Source of the DNA: Tubulanus polymorphus
Lineage: Eukaryota; Animalia; Nemertea
Direction: 5' to 3'
Assembly (NCBI RefSeq): GCF_964204645.1
Contig: NC_134034.1
Coordinates: forward strand, 9,808,962 to 9,872,961
DNA: 64,000 nucleotides
Part shown: one piece after another, positions 61,502 to 64,000 of the stretch
Position numbering within the stretch: position 1 is the stretch's first letter
Layout: each line of letters starts with the position of its first letter
Notes under the pieces: generated by a model
What the model saw: the letters and a program-made list of their open reading frames with translations, nothing else
What the model was told of the DNA's origin: nothing
The model's database searches: none
Position numbers and translations under genes: made by a program

Positions 61502-64000
61502 CGCATTCGAAACGCGCGAACGCCGCTCGCGAGATCGCTTTTTTCTTTCACGCGAATTCCGCCCGCGAATTCAGTCGACTTTCGAGTTTTTCGAGTTTTC
61601 AATTCGACATTTTTCGATCGGTTTTTTTTCGCGTCTTTTTCGTGCGCGACCGACGACGATCGAGATAGATCGAGATATTTCGGGCGTCTCGAAGTTTGTT
61701 TTTTTTTTTTCGTAAATTCCGCGAAAGTTTTGAAACTACGATCAACCGACGACTTACGACGGTTTGCTGTAATTCGCTTTACCCACGAATAGAGCGCGCG
61801 CGCGTGGTTATTACTCGACGAACGAGTTTTACGAAAATTCGCCGGAATTATTTCGCAAATTTACCGCGAACATCATTTTAGAAACAAACATGGATCTATA
61901 CATATGTATATATATACATTACATATACGCTAAGCACGGATTATATATACATATATATATATTTATATACTAATAAAATATTGATCTTAGTAATAATAAA
62001 TGTTTATCACAATGATGTCAGTACAAATATCCGGACATAAATAAACGGATCTGAACAAAGGTCTCTCTTTCTTTCTTTCCCTCTCTCTCTGTGTCTTCTC
62101 TTTTTCTTCTTTACCCGTAAGAAAGGTTTTACGAAAACCTGTTCTCTGTATATATATATATATATTTTTTATGCTGTGCGACGAATTTCTTTCTAAGCTA
62201 TATATAGCGGTAGGCTGTAGACCGCTTTTCGAAGAGACCCGCTTTATTTATCTATAGGTTGACTTCGGTAATCCGGACACTGCGCGCATATTTGTACAAA
62301 TACATTCTAACCTATATCTATATATATACATATATAGATATATATATATAATTATATCTGTACAGCGATAAAACGACGTAGTTTTTCTTTTTTTCTTTTT
62401 CAAACCGTCCGATCCTCTGGTCGCGCTCGCTGGGTGAGTTTCCGTCGTTTGTTTGTTCGCTCGCCCCGGGGTAGGAGGAAGGGGACGCCGCGCGGGGTCG
62501 CTAGGTCTATCCCCCGGAGTAGCTGTAACTGTGTAATTCGCCTTTGATATGCGACATCGCGATCGTTCGTTCTCGAATTTTCGATGTTAAACCGACGTCT
62601 TTTTTTATTTCGGACGAGAGATTTTCGTCGTCTCGTGTTTTTTTTTCCGCGGCGTCGGCGTCGCGTAACGATGCTAATTTCGTCGTCGTGTCCGTTGTAG
62701 TTGTTGTTGTGGTCTAACGATTTCGAAACTAATTAACATCGTTATCGTTAAAAAACCGATACACATACATATATGTATTCAGTGGAATCGGACCTGCTGA
62801 AAGACGCCTGAACCTCTATACACAGTTCCCTATGACTCGATAGTATCCTTTCTCGAACACTAAAACAAGGATATATGGGAATAACAGCGCCGAGATATAA
62901 AGACTCCCACGACCGGTATCGCGTGACTCGATCGCGAATTAATATCCTTTCTCGAACACTAATACAAGGATATAAACGTATATAGATTTATCGGACTCCT
63001 TGAACCGCTATGCACCGGTCTCGTACCTCGCGCGATTACGAATCGGTATCCTTTCTCGAACGCTAAAACGAGGATTACATATATCGGACTAACAGCGGGT
63101 ACGCTGCGCTCTCGTGACTTCGAAGCCCGCGTATAGTAGATATTGTTTCGTATATACACTCTCCGCATACGCACTGCTGACTGATCGCCGAATTTGGCCG
63201 CGTTTCAATTGTGTCGTCAATTAAAATATCAGAAATATCGTTGTTGTTAACATTTATTACGACTATCCAGGGCTGTTGTATAATGATATCCGATATCTCG
63301 CGCCGGGCGCGCGCCGACTGAAATTTTTCGACACCTTCTTCGCAGATGACCGGGTCTCAATCCGTCGATACGACCCCTGAGAGCGAAACGAAACACAGCT
63401 GACGACGACGCTTAATCCGATGACCACCGATCTCGCCGGAGAATTCCGTACAGGAATCGCACGCGCGATATAGAAACTAATAAAAGCGCGGTACGCCGCT
63501 GATTGTTTTTTGTTTTTGTTGTTCGTCTAGGTGAAACCTGTTCGCTCTCTCACTCCTCTGATTCAACAACAACACGACCACCACCGCCACCGCCGCTACT
63601 ATCGCAGCGTTACACGACGACCTACAACCCCTCGCTCGGCGAAATAAGACACGCCTGAAGCCCCCATAAACATTGCTGCAATGGTTTAGTTTTCGCGTAA
63701 ACGGGGGTCGTCTCCAAAATATCATCGCGCTCGGATTATGTGGCGGCTTTTTGGATGCGCGGAGTCGCTCGGAATAGTAACTTTGCAGTTGATTCAACCC
63801 GTAAGAATTTTTCAGATAAAGCAACCATGTGAAAGGCCACTAGCCAGGTGACATCCCCCCACCACCGTCCTCCCCCCCCCCGCCTTAATATATACATCCT
63901 GAAAGATGCCATTTCTGAGGGGATGAGTGTCAAATTTGCAGGTTTTAACGACCTGGTCCCGGTTTCATAGACTGGGTATCAAAGTTTTATCCCTAGGGGT

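Overview
Repeat-rich animal (invertebrate bilaterian-type) genomic DNA with two intron-rich, co-oriented minus-strand genes, assembled by hand from GT-AG boundaries and exon phases. (1) An AMP-activated protein kinase gamma subunit gene (PRKAG/SNF4Agamma, ~61501..25064) has an intact 4-CBS core and a complex 5' half. There are at least four candidate alternative first exons, including a gamma2-like route through '[10 protein letters not shown]' and a gamma1-like 3-codon exon spliced to a 49-nt exon. A run of tiny phase-compatible exons includes an 18-nt microexon encoding GDDDVF, and there are candidate cassette exons between CBS1 and CBS2. (2) A complete 8-exon FAM117/GLCCI1-family gene (18226..322, ~500 aa). 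Introns hold many minisatellites (30-107 bp units), several MITE families (piggyBac-, Kolobok-, Tc1/mariner-, Harbinger- and hAT-like, several nested), a 502-bp foldback element and a CORE-type tRNA SINE. The top hypothesis is that promoter choice and microexon splicing switch docking motifs (RSK-type DDVF, calcineurin-type PxIxIT) onto an AMPK-gamma tail that carries four RxRxxS/T sites. Exon calls outside the conserved cores come from sequence only, without transcript evidence.
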